Under the pieces are notes generated by a model. The model saw only the letters and a list, made by a program, of their open reading frames with translations, ran no database searches and was not told the origin of the DNA. 64,000 nt of DNA from Octopus sinensis. Taxonomy: Eukaryota. Location: assembly GCF_006345805.1 (NCBI RefSeq), contig NC_043000.1, forward strand, positions 25,544,001-25,608,000, in the 5' to 3' direction. Each line of letters opens with the position of its first letter. Position 1 is the stretch's first letter. A program made the translations under genes and the position numbers. Of the stretch, positions 49,207 through 60,715 are shown one piece after another.

Positions 49207-50165
49207 CATGTGCTCTGTTTTTGGAGCAAAAGAAAACCAGTTACACAGTCAGAGTTTAATGTGACAGTTATGGATTATTACCCGGTAGGCCACACTGACG
49301 AGGCTCAGGGTTTAAATACCCAAAAGCTGAAACCTGGTTTGTGGATATTCCTAATTGCATTATATTTTTATTTGTGCTGTTAAAGGTTTTAATCCTTTCT
49401 GTTTTCCTCACATACTGTTCTTCTTTGTTATCTTGGTGCAGTGCGGTGGTTAAATTTAAGGCTTTAGCTCTTATTTCTAGCAGGTGGATACTTCTTAAGC
49501 ATCTTTACGCTTCATACAAATTTATAATTCATAGCTATTTAATGCTATTGCGCCTGCGATCTATCTATATCACTGCTGGTGATATCATCAATTTTTAAAT
49601 TTATCCACAGATGATGTAAACAGTAGTGACATCTGATTTCAAATCTCAGTGTTTGAATGTTTTGCTTGTATGGCACGTAAAAAGCACCATCCGAACATGG
49701 CTGATGCCAGTGCCGCCTGACTGGTGTCCGTGTTGGTGACATGTAAAAAGCACCAACCGATTGTGGCCATTTGCCAGCCTCCTCTGGCCCCTGTACCGGT
49801 GGCACGTAAAAAGTGCCCACTACACTCATGGAGTGATTGGCATTAGGAAGGGCATCCCGCTGTAGGAACACTGGCAGATCAAATTGGAGCCTGACGCAGC
49901 CTTCTGGCTTCCCAGATCCCAGTCGAACCGTCCAACCCATGCTAGCATGGAAAACGGATATTAAATGATGATGATATATATATATATATATATAATGTGC
50001 TGGTGTCCTGCAAAAAGTACTCGATACACTCTGTAAAGTGGTTTGTATTAAGAAGGGCATCCAGTTGTAAAAACAACCAAACCAAAATGGACTATGGAAC
50101 TTGGTGTGGTCCTTAGTCTTGCCAATTCCTGTCAAACTGTCCAACCTATGCCAACATGGAAAATA
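48770..50165 (+). mobile_element. Three RTE-type tails (48770-49100, 49660-49975, 50000-50165) around a hammerhead module
   Basis: Tail motif with (GAT)n. Confidence 0.75.
49290..49344 (+). ncRNA. Type I hammerhead ribozyme, predicted cleavage after U49339 (GUU)
   Basis: CCACA-CTGACGA-GGCT[ca GGGT ttaaat ACCC aaa]AGCT-GAAAC-CTG-GTT-TGTGG; module begins after (TA)n at 49201. Confidence 0.75.
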
Positions 50166-50599
50166 GTGAAGATTTTATTTTTCTCCCTCTGTTTGCTTTT
50201 ATTTTTTTCTCTTCCCAATTGCACTCTCTCTCTCTCATCTCATTCTCATTATTTTGTTTTTTCTCTCTTCCTCTTTCACCCCCCCCCCCACAACATATTC
50301 ATATAAAGCTTTGCCATTTATCCATCTACAAGCGTTTCTCTGTGTTAACATAATGTAATAAAGTATTTTGCAAAACCCATTGTACAAAATGCAAATAGTT
50401 GCAATGATGAAATGTGCAATTATTGGAACAAAAGACATGATACATTTTGTGTTCAGCATATTCCTCCCCCCTCTCTCTCTCTCTCTCTTACTCTCTCCCT
50501 TACTTTCTATCTCTCTCCTCATGCACACAAAGAGGAGATGTGGTAAATAAAATACATGCTTGTACAATTGTATTTAACATGTTTGTGTATTCTTGGACA

Positions 50600-50760
50600 T
50601 AGGTGCTGGAGTGGCTGTGTGGTAAGTAGCTTGCTTACAAACCACATGGTTCCGGGTTCAGTCTCACTGTGTGGAACCTTGGGCAAGTGTCTTCTACTAT
50701 AGCCTCGGGCCAACCAAAACCTTGTGATTTGGTAGACGGAAACTGAAAGAAGCCCGTTGT
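50600..50760 (+). mobile_element. SINE A head
   Basis: Family motif. Confidence 0.85.
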
Positions 50761-50767
50761 ATATATG

Positions 50768-50802
<35 letters not shown>

Positions 50803-50889
50803 TTGTGTCTGTCTAATAATAATAATAATAATAATAACAACAGTGAAAAATACCTTAGAAAGGAGAACCCAGGTTTGAAATTTCCCCAA

Positions 50890-50935
50890 GACACCTGATG
50901 AAGGCTGAAAGGTATATCAGCTGAAGCATGTTAAC
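50890..50935 (+). ncRNA. Degenerate hammerhead motif
   Basis: GACAC-CTGATGA-A-GGCTG aaaggtatat CAGCT-GAAGC; second box mutated, stem III disrupted. Confidence 0.4.
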
Positions 50936-51792
50936 AACAAACAAGATGAGGACAAATATCCATCAAATGTAGATAGGGTAAATAAATAAGTTATCTTGCT
51001 CAAGAACACAACACAGAGTCCAGCCCAAGAACTGAACCCACTACCTCATGATTGTGAGCCAGTTGTTCAAACCATTGAGCCATGTGCATTCATTCTCATA
51101 GACAATGTTTGAAAATAACATTGGATTATGAATGACAGCGTCAGATCAAAGGATGCATGTGTTTCTAGCTTGTCTAAGCTTTTGCACACATTAGCAAATT
51201 TACTATTTGTCCTTATAAGAACAGCTATTCTCATTTATAAGAGCTGTGAAACATTAATTCTGTATTCATAGCTGACAAAGCATAATGATACAGAAATGCA
51301 TGCATCTTATGATCTGTTGCTGTTCTTCATGGCCCAATGGTATACTTCCACACATTGTTTTTGAAGATAATTTTCTCCTGGGACTATTTCCCTGCAGAAA
51401 TAGTCATTGATGTACAAAATGAAATTCTCAAATCGTACTCCTTCCTTTGGGAATAGTTTCTTATCCTTAGATTCCAGTGTTTAATTATTCTGTTTTTGTT
51501 TGCGATGGTGACAACAGTTAGTAATAGTTACTGGTGATGATGTTCAATATCTTTAGTTACAGAACTCGTATCTGAGTTTGAAAGGAGTCTGGATTATGAC
51601 CAAAAGGTTTCAACTTCATAGAGTGCAAAGGTGCTTGTATGTGGTTGCTAGAAATAGCAACCAAATAGCTATAAACTCTTACTTTGTTGTCCATTTCCTG
51701 TAAAAACAAGTGATGAAGTGATCATGACAAAAATGCTCTTTTTTCGATCAGGGCTGAACGTACCTGAGTTTGACTATATTAATAATAGTGAA

Positions 51793-52125
51793 GTCGGCGA
51801 GCTGGCAGAAACGTTAGCACGCCGAGTGAAATGCTTAGCAGTATTTCATTTATCGTTACATTCTGAGTTCAAATTCTGTCGAGGTCGACTTAGCCTTTCA
51901 TCCTTTCGGGGTCGATAAATTAAGTACCAGTTGCATATAGGGGTTGATCTAATTGACTGGCCCCCTCCCTCAAAATTTCGGGCCTCGTGCCTAGAGTAGA
52001 AAACAATCGAGGTCGACTTTGCCTTTCATCCTTTTGGGGTCGATAAATTAAGTACCTGTTGCATACTGAGGTTGATCTAATTGACTGGTTGATCTAATTT
52101 TGGGCCTTGTGCCTAGAGTAGAAAT
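51793..52125 (+). mobile_element. SINE B type 1 with tandem duplication of its 3' half
   Basis: Core GAGGTCGACTT..CCTTTCATCC at about 51880 and 52010. Confidence 0.85.
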
Positions 52126-52384
52126 GTATATTAATAATAGTCAATTGTTTGTAATTAGGCATGAGATCAGAAGTTTTTAGGTAGGAGAAAAGTTGGTTAT
52201 ATCAAGCCGAGTTTTGGCTGCAAGGATAAAAGTGAAGCTAGCGAACCTTGGTGTGATTTGATCTCAGAACATAAAGGGCCAAAACAGTTCTGCCAATCTG
52301 CTGCTGCTCTCATTGCTGGATAAGATAGACATGCAATTTCAGGGTTTAAACAAAAATAAATGGAAGTAAACTAATTAGAAATAA

Positions 52385-52685
52385 CAATGATTGGCACTCT
52401 GTTAGTTATAACAACGAAGGTTCCAGTTGATCCAATCAATGGGACAGCCTGCTTGGAAAATTGATGTGCAAGTGGCTGAGTTCTCCACAGACATGTGTAC
52501 CCTTAATGTAGTTCTCAGGGAGATTCAACATGACACATAATGTGACAAGGCTGGCCCCTTTGAAATACAGGTACTACTCATTTTTGCCAGTTGAGTGGAC
52601 TGGAGCAATGTGAAATAAAGTGTCTTGCTCAAGGACACAATGCATCACTGGGAATTGAACTCACAATCATGAGCTGAATACCAAC
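52385..52685 (-). mobile_element. SINE family C (tRNA head plus CORE-like GTCCTTGAGCAAGACACT box); second copy 61470-61965(+) split by an RTE tail
   Basis: B-box GAGTTCAATTCC; shared body CCAGTCCACTCAACTGGCAAAAATG. Confidence 0.7.
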
Positions 52686-52699
52686 CAAATCAAAATCAA

Positions 52700-53848
52700 A
52701 TTCGATGACTGGCATTCGTGCTAGCGGGGTGCCAAGAGCACCATCCGAGCGTGATCGTTGCCAGAGCAGCCAACTGGCCCCCGTGCTGTGGCACGTAAAA
52801 GGGCACCATTTGAGTGTGATTGTTACCAATGTCGCCTTACTGGCCCCCATGCTGGTGGCAAGTAAAAAGTACCCACTACACTCTCAGAGTGGTTGGCGTT
52901 AGGAAGGGCATCCAGCTGTAGAAACACTGCCAGATCAAGATTGGAGCCTGGTGCAGCCATCTGGTTCACCAGCCCTGAGTCAAAATCATCCAACCCATGC
53001 TAGCATGGAAAGCAGATGTTAAACGATGATGATGATCATCATCATCATCATCATGTTACATCTGCTTTCCATGCTAGCATGTGTTAGACGGTTTGGCTGG
53101 AACTGGTAAACTGGAAAGCTGCATCAGGTTCCTGTCTGATTTGGATGGTTGGATGCCCTTCTCAATGCCAACCACAAGAGTGTAATGGGTGATTTTTATG
53201 TGTCACCGGCACAAGTTACAAACTATTTATGCAACTTAACCAATGTATAGAACATGCATAGGCATCCTTACATAAGAAGCGGGCCACATGAGACACTGTT
53301 TATCATCTGGCAGGTCATCATCATCGTTTAATATCCGCTTTCCATGCTAGCATGGGTTGGATGATTTGACTGAGGACTGGGGAACCAGATGGCTGCACCT
53401 GGCTCCAATCTTGATCTGGCAGACTTCCTACAGCTGGATGACCTTCCTAACGCCAACCACTCCGGGAGTGTAGCGAGTGCTTTTACATGCCAGTCAGGCA
53501 GGACTGGCAACGACCTTGCTCGAATCTTTTACACATGCCACCGGCACAGGTGCCATTAAGGTGATGCTGGTAACGATCACGCTCGAATGGTGTATTTTAC
53601 GTGCCACCAGCATGGAGGCCAGATAGCCGCTCTGGCAATGATCACACTCGGATGGTGCTCTTAATACCCTACTAGCACGGGGCTCGAATGCCAATAAGGC
53701 AACGCTGGTAATGATCACGCTCGAATGGTGCCTTTTAGGTGCCACTGGCATGGAAGCCGGTTAGCTGCTCTGTCAATGATCACACTCATATGGTGCTCTT
53801 TGCACCCTGCTAGCATGGACGCCAGTCATCAAATTTGATTTTGATTTC
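52700..53848. mobile_element. RTE-type tails: + (52700-53036), - (53037-53222), - with long subrepeat array (53318-53848)
   Basis: Tail motifs; tail-to-tail junction (GAT)n-GATC-(ATC)n. Confidence 0.85.
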
Positions 53849-54354
53849 ATGCTACTAAAAAACTTGAGATGATTTTTCATGGGGCATGCCATTCATAAAG
53901 TCCTGTGGATTGCAGATTTCCCATCACTGGCATACAACATGCATCAACAAGAACAACATCATTGCTTCTTGTTAGTTCTTTCTGTACAGTAAAATAGTCA
54001 TGCTGCAGGATCATTGCATTGCTAACATGTAGCTGTGGTGGCTATCATCCATTGACATACAAGTCACCAAATTACCTTTTTGGTAGTGTTTGTTACTGGG
54101 TATAATACTTTGGAGCAGGGTACACCAGCTGCTATTTCTGAAATATTTAACGTATCACTAGAAGATACTATACAAGTAGACGCCTATAGACTTGGAAATA
54201 TTAGGGAATTCTATTGACAAATTCAATGGGCCACAGGCATGGCTATGTTGTAAGAAGTTTGCTTTCAAACCTCGTGGTTGAGGACTATGTAGTTCAGCAA
54301 AAGAGACCGATAGAATAAGCACTGCTGGCTTTGTGCCTAAATTAGAACAATAGT

Positions 54355-54585
54355 TCTTTTACTCTTTTACTGGTTTCAGTCATTTTACTGTGGCCATGCT
54401 GGAGCACTGCCTTTAGTTGAGCAAATCGACCCCAGGACTTATTCTTTGAAAGCCTAGTACTTATTCTATTGGTCTCTTTTGCCGAACCGCTAAGTTACAG
54501 GGATGTAAACACACCAGCATCTGTTGTCAAGCGATGTTGGGGGGGGACAAACACAGACACACAAACATACACACAGACACACACA

Positions 54586-54635
<50 letters not shown>

Positions 54636-54808
54636 CATATATACGACGGGCTTCTTTCAGTTTCCGTCTACCAAATCCATTCACAAGGCTTTAGTCGGCC
54701 CGAGGCTATAGTAGAAGGCACTTGCCCAAGGTGCCACGCAGTGGGACTGAACCCAGAACCATGTGGTTGGTAAGCAAGCTACCTACCACACAGCCACTCC
54801 TATGCCTA
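54355..54808 (-). mobile_element. SINE family A, full
   Basis: Near-consensus. Confidence 0.9.
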
Positions 54809-55284
54809 ATTGTTTATAATTAGGTAGAAGGTCGATGCTTCTGAGAATAGGGGCTTTGTTGATGCCATCAACCCCAATGTTGACTGGTACTTGATTTAGG
54901 TATGGCTCTGTGGTTGAGGGACTTTCCAAAGTGCCATTGCATGGCACCTTGGATAAGAATCTTCTACTATAGCCCTTGGCTAACGAAGCTTTGTTAGTGG
55001 ATTTGGTAGATGGAAACTGAAAGAAGCCTGTTTGTATATCTGTGTGTTTTGTGTGTATCCTTGTCTTGGCATCATGTAATGGTTGTAAACAAGCATCTCT
55101 GTTGTACAAGCAACGTTGTTCATTTCTAGTCTTCCATGAAAAGCATGTTTGGCCACTGGGAAATATTAGCTTACCTGGAAACAGGTGAGAGTTAGCAACA
55201 GAAAGGGCGTCAGTCCATTAAAAAAATCCACCTCAACAAATTCGGACTACCTCTTACTCAGAACGTAAATAGCCAGAATAAATG

Positions 55285-55680
55285 CCTTACTGGCACTTGT
55301 GCCCGTGCTAGTAGGGAGCTAAGAGCACCATCCGAACGTGATTGTTGCCAGAGCGGCTAACTGGCTTCCATGTCGGTGGCACGTAAAAGGGCACCATTCG
55401 AGCGTGATCGTTACCAGCATCGCCTTAATAGCACCTGTACCAGTGGTATGCGTAAAAAGATTCGAGCGAGGTTGTTGCCAGTACCACCTGACTGGCCCCC
55501 GTGCCGGTGGCACCCACTACACTCTCGGAGTGGTTGGCATTAGGAAGGGCATCCAGCTGTAGAAACTCTGCCAAATCAAGATTGGAGCCTGGTGCAGCCA
55601 TCTGGTTCGCCAGCCCTCAGTCAAAATCGTCCAACCCATGCCAGCATGGAAAGCAGACGTTAAATGATGATGATGATGAA
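55285..55680 (+). mobile_element. RTE-type tail with subrepeat array
   Basis: GGCACGTAAAAGGGCACCATTCGAGCGTGATCG repeats, tail, (GAT)n. Confidence 0.85.
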
Positions 55681-57156
55681 ATGCCATGAGGCATTTTCAT
55701 CTGACTCCAAACTTTGTGCCAATTTATAGAAATAGTGGCAACATATGAACCTTTTGATTTTATTTACAAGAAACAATGTATCAAAAACAGACACTGAAAT
55801 TAATGAATGAACCAGTTCTTTCTTCCTCTCTCTGTGTGTCTGTCTGACATTTTCTGCTGGAATCTCACTTATTACATTCATGTCAAACCATAATTATTAT
55901 GGACGGCAAAACTTGCATGTACGCTTAATTAATGTTTGATACAAAACTTAACTAACAAATTCATGTTTACATGTTAAGTATTCTCTATAGAATTCTGTCC
56001 ATTGTTCACAGATATTCCTGCAACCAAATTAACTTCATTATCAAGCGTTCTGTAAATACAATAGTACGCTAATAAAATTTGGTATCCTATTTCTTAGAAT
56101 TCATGTGAAATACTGACCAACAAATACACTGGAGATATTTCCAATGAAGATGGATTTCATTCCAGAAATGTTTGGATCAATGTTTTGCCAAACCATTAAA
56201 TATCATGGAAGGAAGAAAAAAATTGAAAATAACAAATAAAATCAGAACCAAAACTGCTCGTTTCTAGAAGACTTGTCTTTCCATTAATTTTTATAGCATT
56301 TCTTTCTCCTCTTTTATTTTTCTTTTCTTTTCCGTTATGTTTCTCTTTGGTGGAAGAATAAATGACCGACAAGTTCTTTTATTATTTATTTTGTTGTTTT
56401 TGGCTCTGATACATTGTTTATACTCTTTTTTATTGCTTCATCAGTATTATAGGCTTTCATTATGAGACATTCTCGTTTGGTCAGTGTCAAATTCTTCTGA
56501 ATAAACATAAAGAAAATCTACACAATTGATAATACATTCATATTTAATGGAATGAAAAGAGGTGAAACGAGGTGGGCTGGAATAGTACAAATGCGTTAGT
56601 CTTTTTTGTTCTAAAACTTTTTTCCTTTTTTTTCTTTGTTTCGTCCTCTTTTTGTGTCCTCAATTCGTATCGCATCAAGGATGACTATCTTTTACAGCGC
56701 TCCACCTATTTCCATCCCTCTAGCAATCAATAAAATATGTACCTGGCTCCTACTATACCTGATTGAAATAGTTCTACCCTCCATCCACCTGTACTACAAA
56801 TGTGTGTGTCAATAATGGTAGACATTAATATTTAATCCGTTGGGTGGGATACAGTGGAATGGAAGCAGAAATGGTAGGACAATGGACTAAATACTGTTCC
56901 ATATTTATGTTATATTTGTATACCAAGTGCTGCTCTAAAACAAATTCTCTGGATGGTTAAATTTGTGTCGCTGTTTCAGTCCTTGATCAGAACTGTTTTA
57001 TCTTATTTATAACCTTAATACCTTTTGGAAGAGTGTAAATAAATGAGAGAAAGCACTCAATACATGTTTAAAGCTGAAGATTCACTCCTTTAACAAATAT
57101 AGTTACTTTGTGCAACCCTTCAGCAACATCACTATAAATACACATACACTACATAT

Positions 57157-57417
57157 ATATGAGAGGGATGACCACTATGTGGACAACCATTATGTTAGAA
57201 GTAGATCTGCTATGGTCTTACCACTAAGAAATGTTCTCAAGAAAAATATAGCAAACACCAGGATGTAAGCAAGCAAGACAAATGAAAAGTAACAAAATAT
57301 AGATTATTCACATACATGTTTGCTAAATTTTTCTTGAGAACATTTCTTAGTGGTAAGACCATAGCGGATCTACTTCTAGCACAAGGGTTGTCCATATAGT
57401 GGTCATCCCTCTCATAT
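57157..57417. repeat. Inverted repeat, 101-bp arms (57157-57257 / 57317-57417), 59-nt spacer
   Basis: Reverse-complement arms with a few mismatches. Confidence 0.9.
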
Positions 57418-57519
57418 GTATATAATACAATTTACTGAACCTTTAGATTTTATATGCTAGACCATAGGTGTTATTTGATGTTAATTAAATTAATATCCAA
57501 TTTCTCACCCTCATTTTAA

Positions 57520-57550
57520 ATTATATATATATAATATATATATATATATT

Positions 57551-57627
<77 letters not shown>

Positions 57628-58420
57628 TATATATCTTATTTCTTTTATTTGTTTCATTCATTTGACCACAGCTGGAGCACTGCCTTCAGTCAAACTAATT
57701 GACCTCGAGACTTATTCTTTGTAAGCCTAGTACTTATTCTATTGGTCTCTTTTGCTGAACCTTGAAGTTACAGAGACATAAACATGCCAACATCAGTTGT
57801 CAAGCAATGGTGGGGAGGGGGACAACCCCCCCCCCCACACATATTTATACAACCGATTTCTTTCAGTTTCCATCTACCAAATCCATTCACAAAGCTTTGG
57901 TCGGCCCTAGGCTATAGTAGAAGACACTTGCCCAAGATGCCTCACAGTGGGACTGAACCCCGGAATCATGTGGTTGGGAAGCAAGCTTCTTACCACACAG
58001 CCATTCCTGTCATCTTCATCATTTAATGTCCATTGTCCATACTGGCATGGGTTGGACAGTTTGATCAGGGCTGGTAAGCTGAGGAGCTGCACCAGACCCT
58101 AGTCTCATTTGGTATAGTTTCTATGGCTTGATGCCCTTCCTAACGCCAAACATTCCAAGAGTGTAATAGGCGCTGTTGCATGCCGCTGGCACGAGTGCCA
58201 TTTACGTGACACCAATATCTGCCACGACTATGATTTCACATGGCTTGATGGGTCTTCTTTTCAAGCATGTCATTATTTGTCATTGCCTCCATGAGGCCCA
58301 GGGTACAGAAGGTGCTAGTTATGTAACGCCAGCATCTACCGCATTGCCTCCATAAGGCCCAACGCTCAAAAGGCGCTTTTTACATGTCACTGGCAGTGGT
58401 GCCAGTTACAACAACCAAAG
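57520..58420 (-). mobile_element. (TA)n, SINE A (57635-58007) and RTE tail (58010-58420)
   Basis: Family motifs. Confidence 0.75.
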
Positions 58421-59104
58421 ATATAATTTCATATATGGCTTTAAGAGGACCTCTCATATGGACTCATGGTGCATAAAAGCATTCATAGATATATTGCTGA
58501 CAGAAGTGATCCATCTGCTATAGCAACTGGATGTGTGGATTCTTAGCTGACTATATATATATATACATATATTATGGGGGAAAATTCAATTTAGTATTAA
58601 ATCAAATTTCAAAATAAATATATAAAATATAAATTAGAGATAAAACCACTATTATGCAATTCAAGCAATGATAGACCAAAACATAAATAACAAATTATAT
58701 ATATATTTTTATAAAACATATAACAAAATCACAAAAATTGTCTTGTTTTCATAAGTTTTGAATTAAGATCTTAGTCAGAATTTATGTTCCTAACACTAGC
58801 TGAATGATAGCCAAGTTATTTTACTAAATTCTTTCTTATATTTAAAATTAATTGAAAGAAACACAGAGCATCTAAAAAAAAAATACAGTAATGAAAGGGC
58901 CTCTTGGCCTTTCATCTCTGTCTCTCTCAGGTAGAGGGAATAAAGTATGAAACAAAAACTGAAGTTGATCTTTTATCTCTTACTTGTCTCAGTTTCTAGA
59001 CTGGCCATACTGGAACACTGCTTTGAAGAGTTTTTAGATGTAACCATCCCACTTATGCATACTTATATACATTAAACTCTGCTTGCGAAGACCTGTTGAG
59101 GCAA

Positions 59105-59750
59105 GTGAAATCAAAATCGATGACTAGCTTCCGTGCTAGTGGAGCGCTAAGAGCACCATCCAAGCGTGATCATTGCCAGAGCAGCTAACTGGCTTCTGTG
59201 TCAGTGGCATGTAAAAAGCACCATTCAAGCATGATCATTACCAGCATCGCCTTACTGGCACTTATGCTGGTGGCACGTGAAAAATCATTTGAGCAAGGTT
59301 GTTGCCAGTGCCACTGAACTGGCTCCTGTGCAGGTGGCATGTAAAAAACACCATTTGAGCGTGGCCATTGCCAGTTCTGCCTGACTGGCCCTCGTGTCAA
59401 TGGCACGTAAAAGCACTCACTACACTCTTGGAGTGGTTGGCGTTAGGAAGGACATCCAGCTGTAGAAACACTGCCAGATCAGACTGGAGCCTGGTGCAGC
59501 ATCTGGTTCGCCAGTCCTCAGTCAAATCGTTCAACCCATGCTAGCATGGAAAGCGGACATTAAGTGATGATGATGCACACACACACACACACAAACTCAA
59601 TGGTCTTCTATCAGTTTCCGTCTACTAAATCCACTCACAAGGCTTTGGTTGGCCCAGAGGCTACAGTAGGAAATACTTACCCAAGGTGCCACACAGTGGG
59701 ACTGAACCCAGAGCCATGTGACTGGGAAGCAAGCTTCTTACCACACAGCA
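59105..59750. mobile_element. RTE tail with subrepeat array (+, 59105-59575) and SINE A head (-, 59600-59748)
   Basis: Family motifs. Confidence 0.82.
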
Positions 59751-59929
59751 GATTAAATGTTGTACTGTATTTAGTTTTGTCCCTCTTTGTTCTGAGTTCA
59801 AATGCCAGCAAGATTATGTTTTGTTTTTCTTTCCATACCTCTGGGATCAATACAACAAATACCAGTTATGTAATTGGGTTTATTCAGTCAACTGCACTCT
59901 CACCTTCAGGTCTGTGGCCTCGTATCAGT

Positions 59930-60715
59930 TGTCAAACAAACCATCACCATTGCCATCATCATCACTAATATGATTTTCACAACTGATATCATCATCATCG
60001 TTACCATCGTCATTACCACCATTACCATTATAAACATCATCTTCACAACCAGCATCACTATCACCGTCACAATCACCACCACCACCATCATCATCATCAT
60101 CCTTCCATCTCTATATCAAATATCTAAGTAGAAAAATATGTTTATTAACAAACAACTCCTTTGAGATTTCAATATTTCTCTCTCTCTCTCTCTCTCTCTC
60201 CCCCCACTCCACCTCCTTTCATCTACACTCCTCTTGCTGCATCTCATAAATATTCATGAGCAAACCCATTTCTCCCTTTTTTTCTCACTTTCTTTCAATC
60301 CATATAAGTATGTACATCTACTTTTCTCCCCCTCTCCCCCTCCCTCTCTCTACATCTCATGAATATTCATAAACATCCCATTCTTTCTCTCTATCTCTTT
60401 CACTATTTCTCTGTCTATCTTTCTCTCTCCATCTATTAATATTAATAACATTACCTTTTCATTTTTCTTTCCCAGTCTCTCTCTCACTCTTTCTCTTGCT
60501 CTTTCCATCATAAATATTCATAAGCAAATCCATTTCTCCTTTTTCTTTTCTTTCAATCCATATTTCATAAGTATGTATGTCTACCTCTCTCTCTCTCTTC
60601 AATTTTTCCTCTCTCTCTCTCTCCACTTTTCTTCCTCTCTCTCTCTTTCTCTCTCCACTTTTCTTCCTCTCTCTCTCTCTCTCTCCCCTCTCTCTCTCTT
60701 CTTTACTCCTTAGTG
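59930..60715. repeat. (CAT/CAC)n then CT-rich tract with degenerate tandem copies
   Basis: CATAAATATTCAT.AGCAAA.CCATTTCTCC at about 60245, 60357, 60508. Confidence 0.8.

Noticed and set aside
53925-53965. NOP2/NSUN methyltransferase motif (DVVLVDACC)
   Set aside because: Only superficially like D-x-P-C-S; Pro and Ser-Gly and the flanking motifs are missing.
56200-56760. Coding exon(s) in AT-rich unique DNA
   Set aside because: Only short open frames with stops in all phases and no homology recognised; could be UTR.
59495-59525. Hammerhead-like CTGAGGA-CTGG cgaa CCAG in RTE tails (minus strand)
   Set aside because: The hairpin is not followed by GAAA; CTGACGA at 2526 fails likewise.
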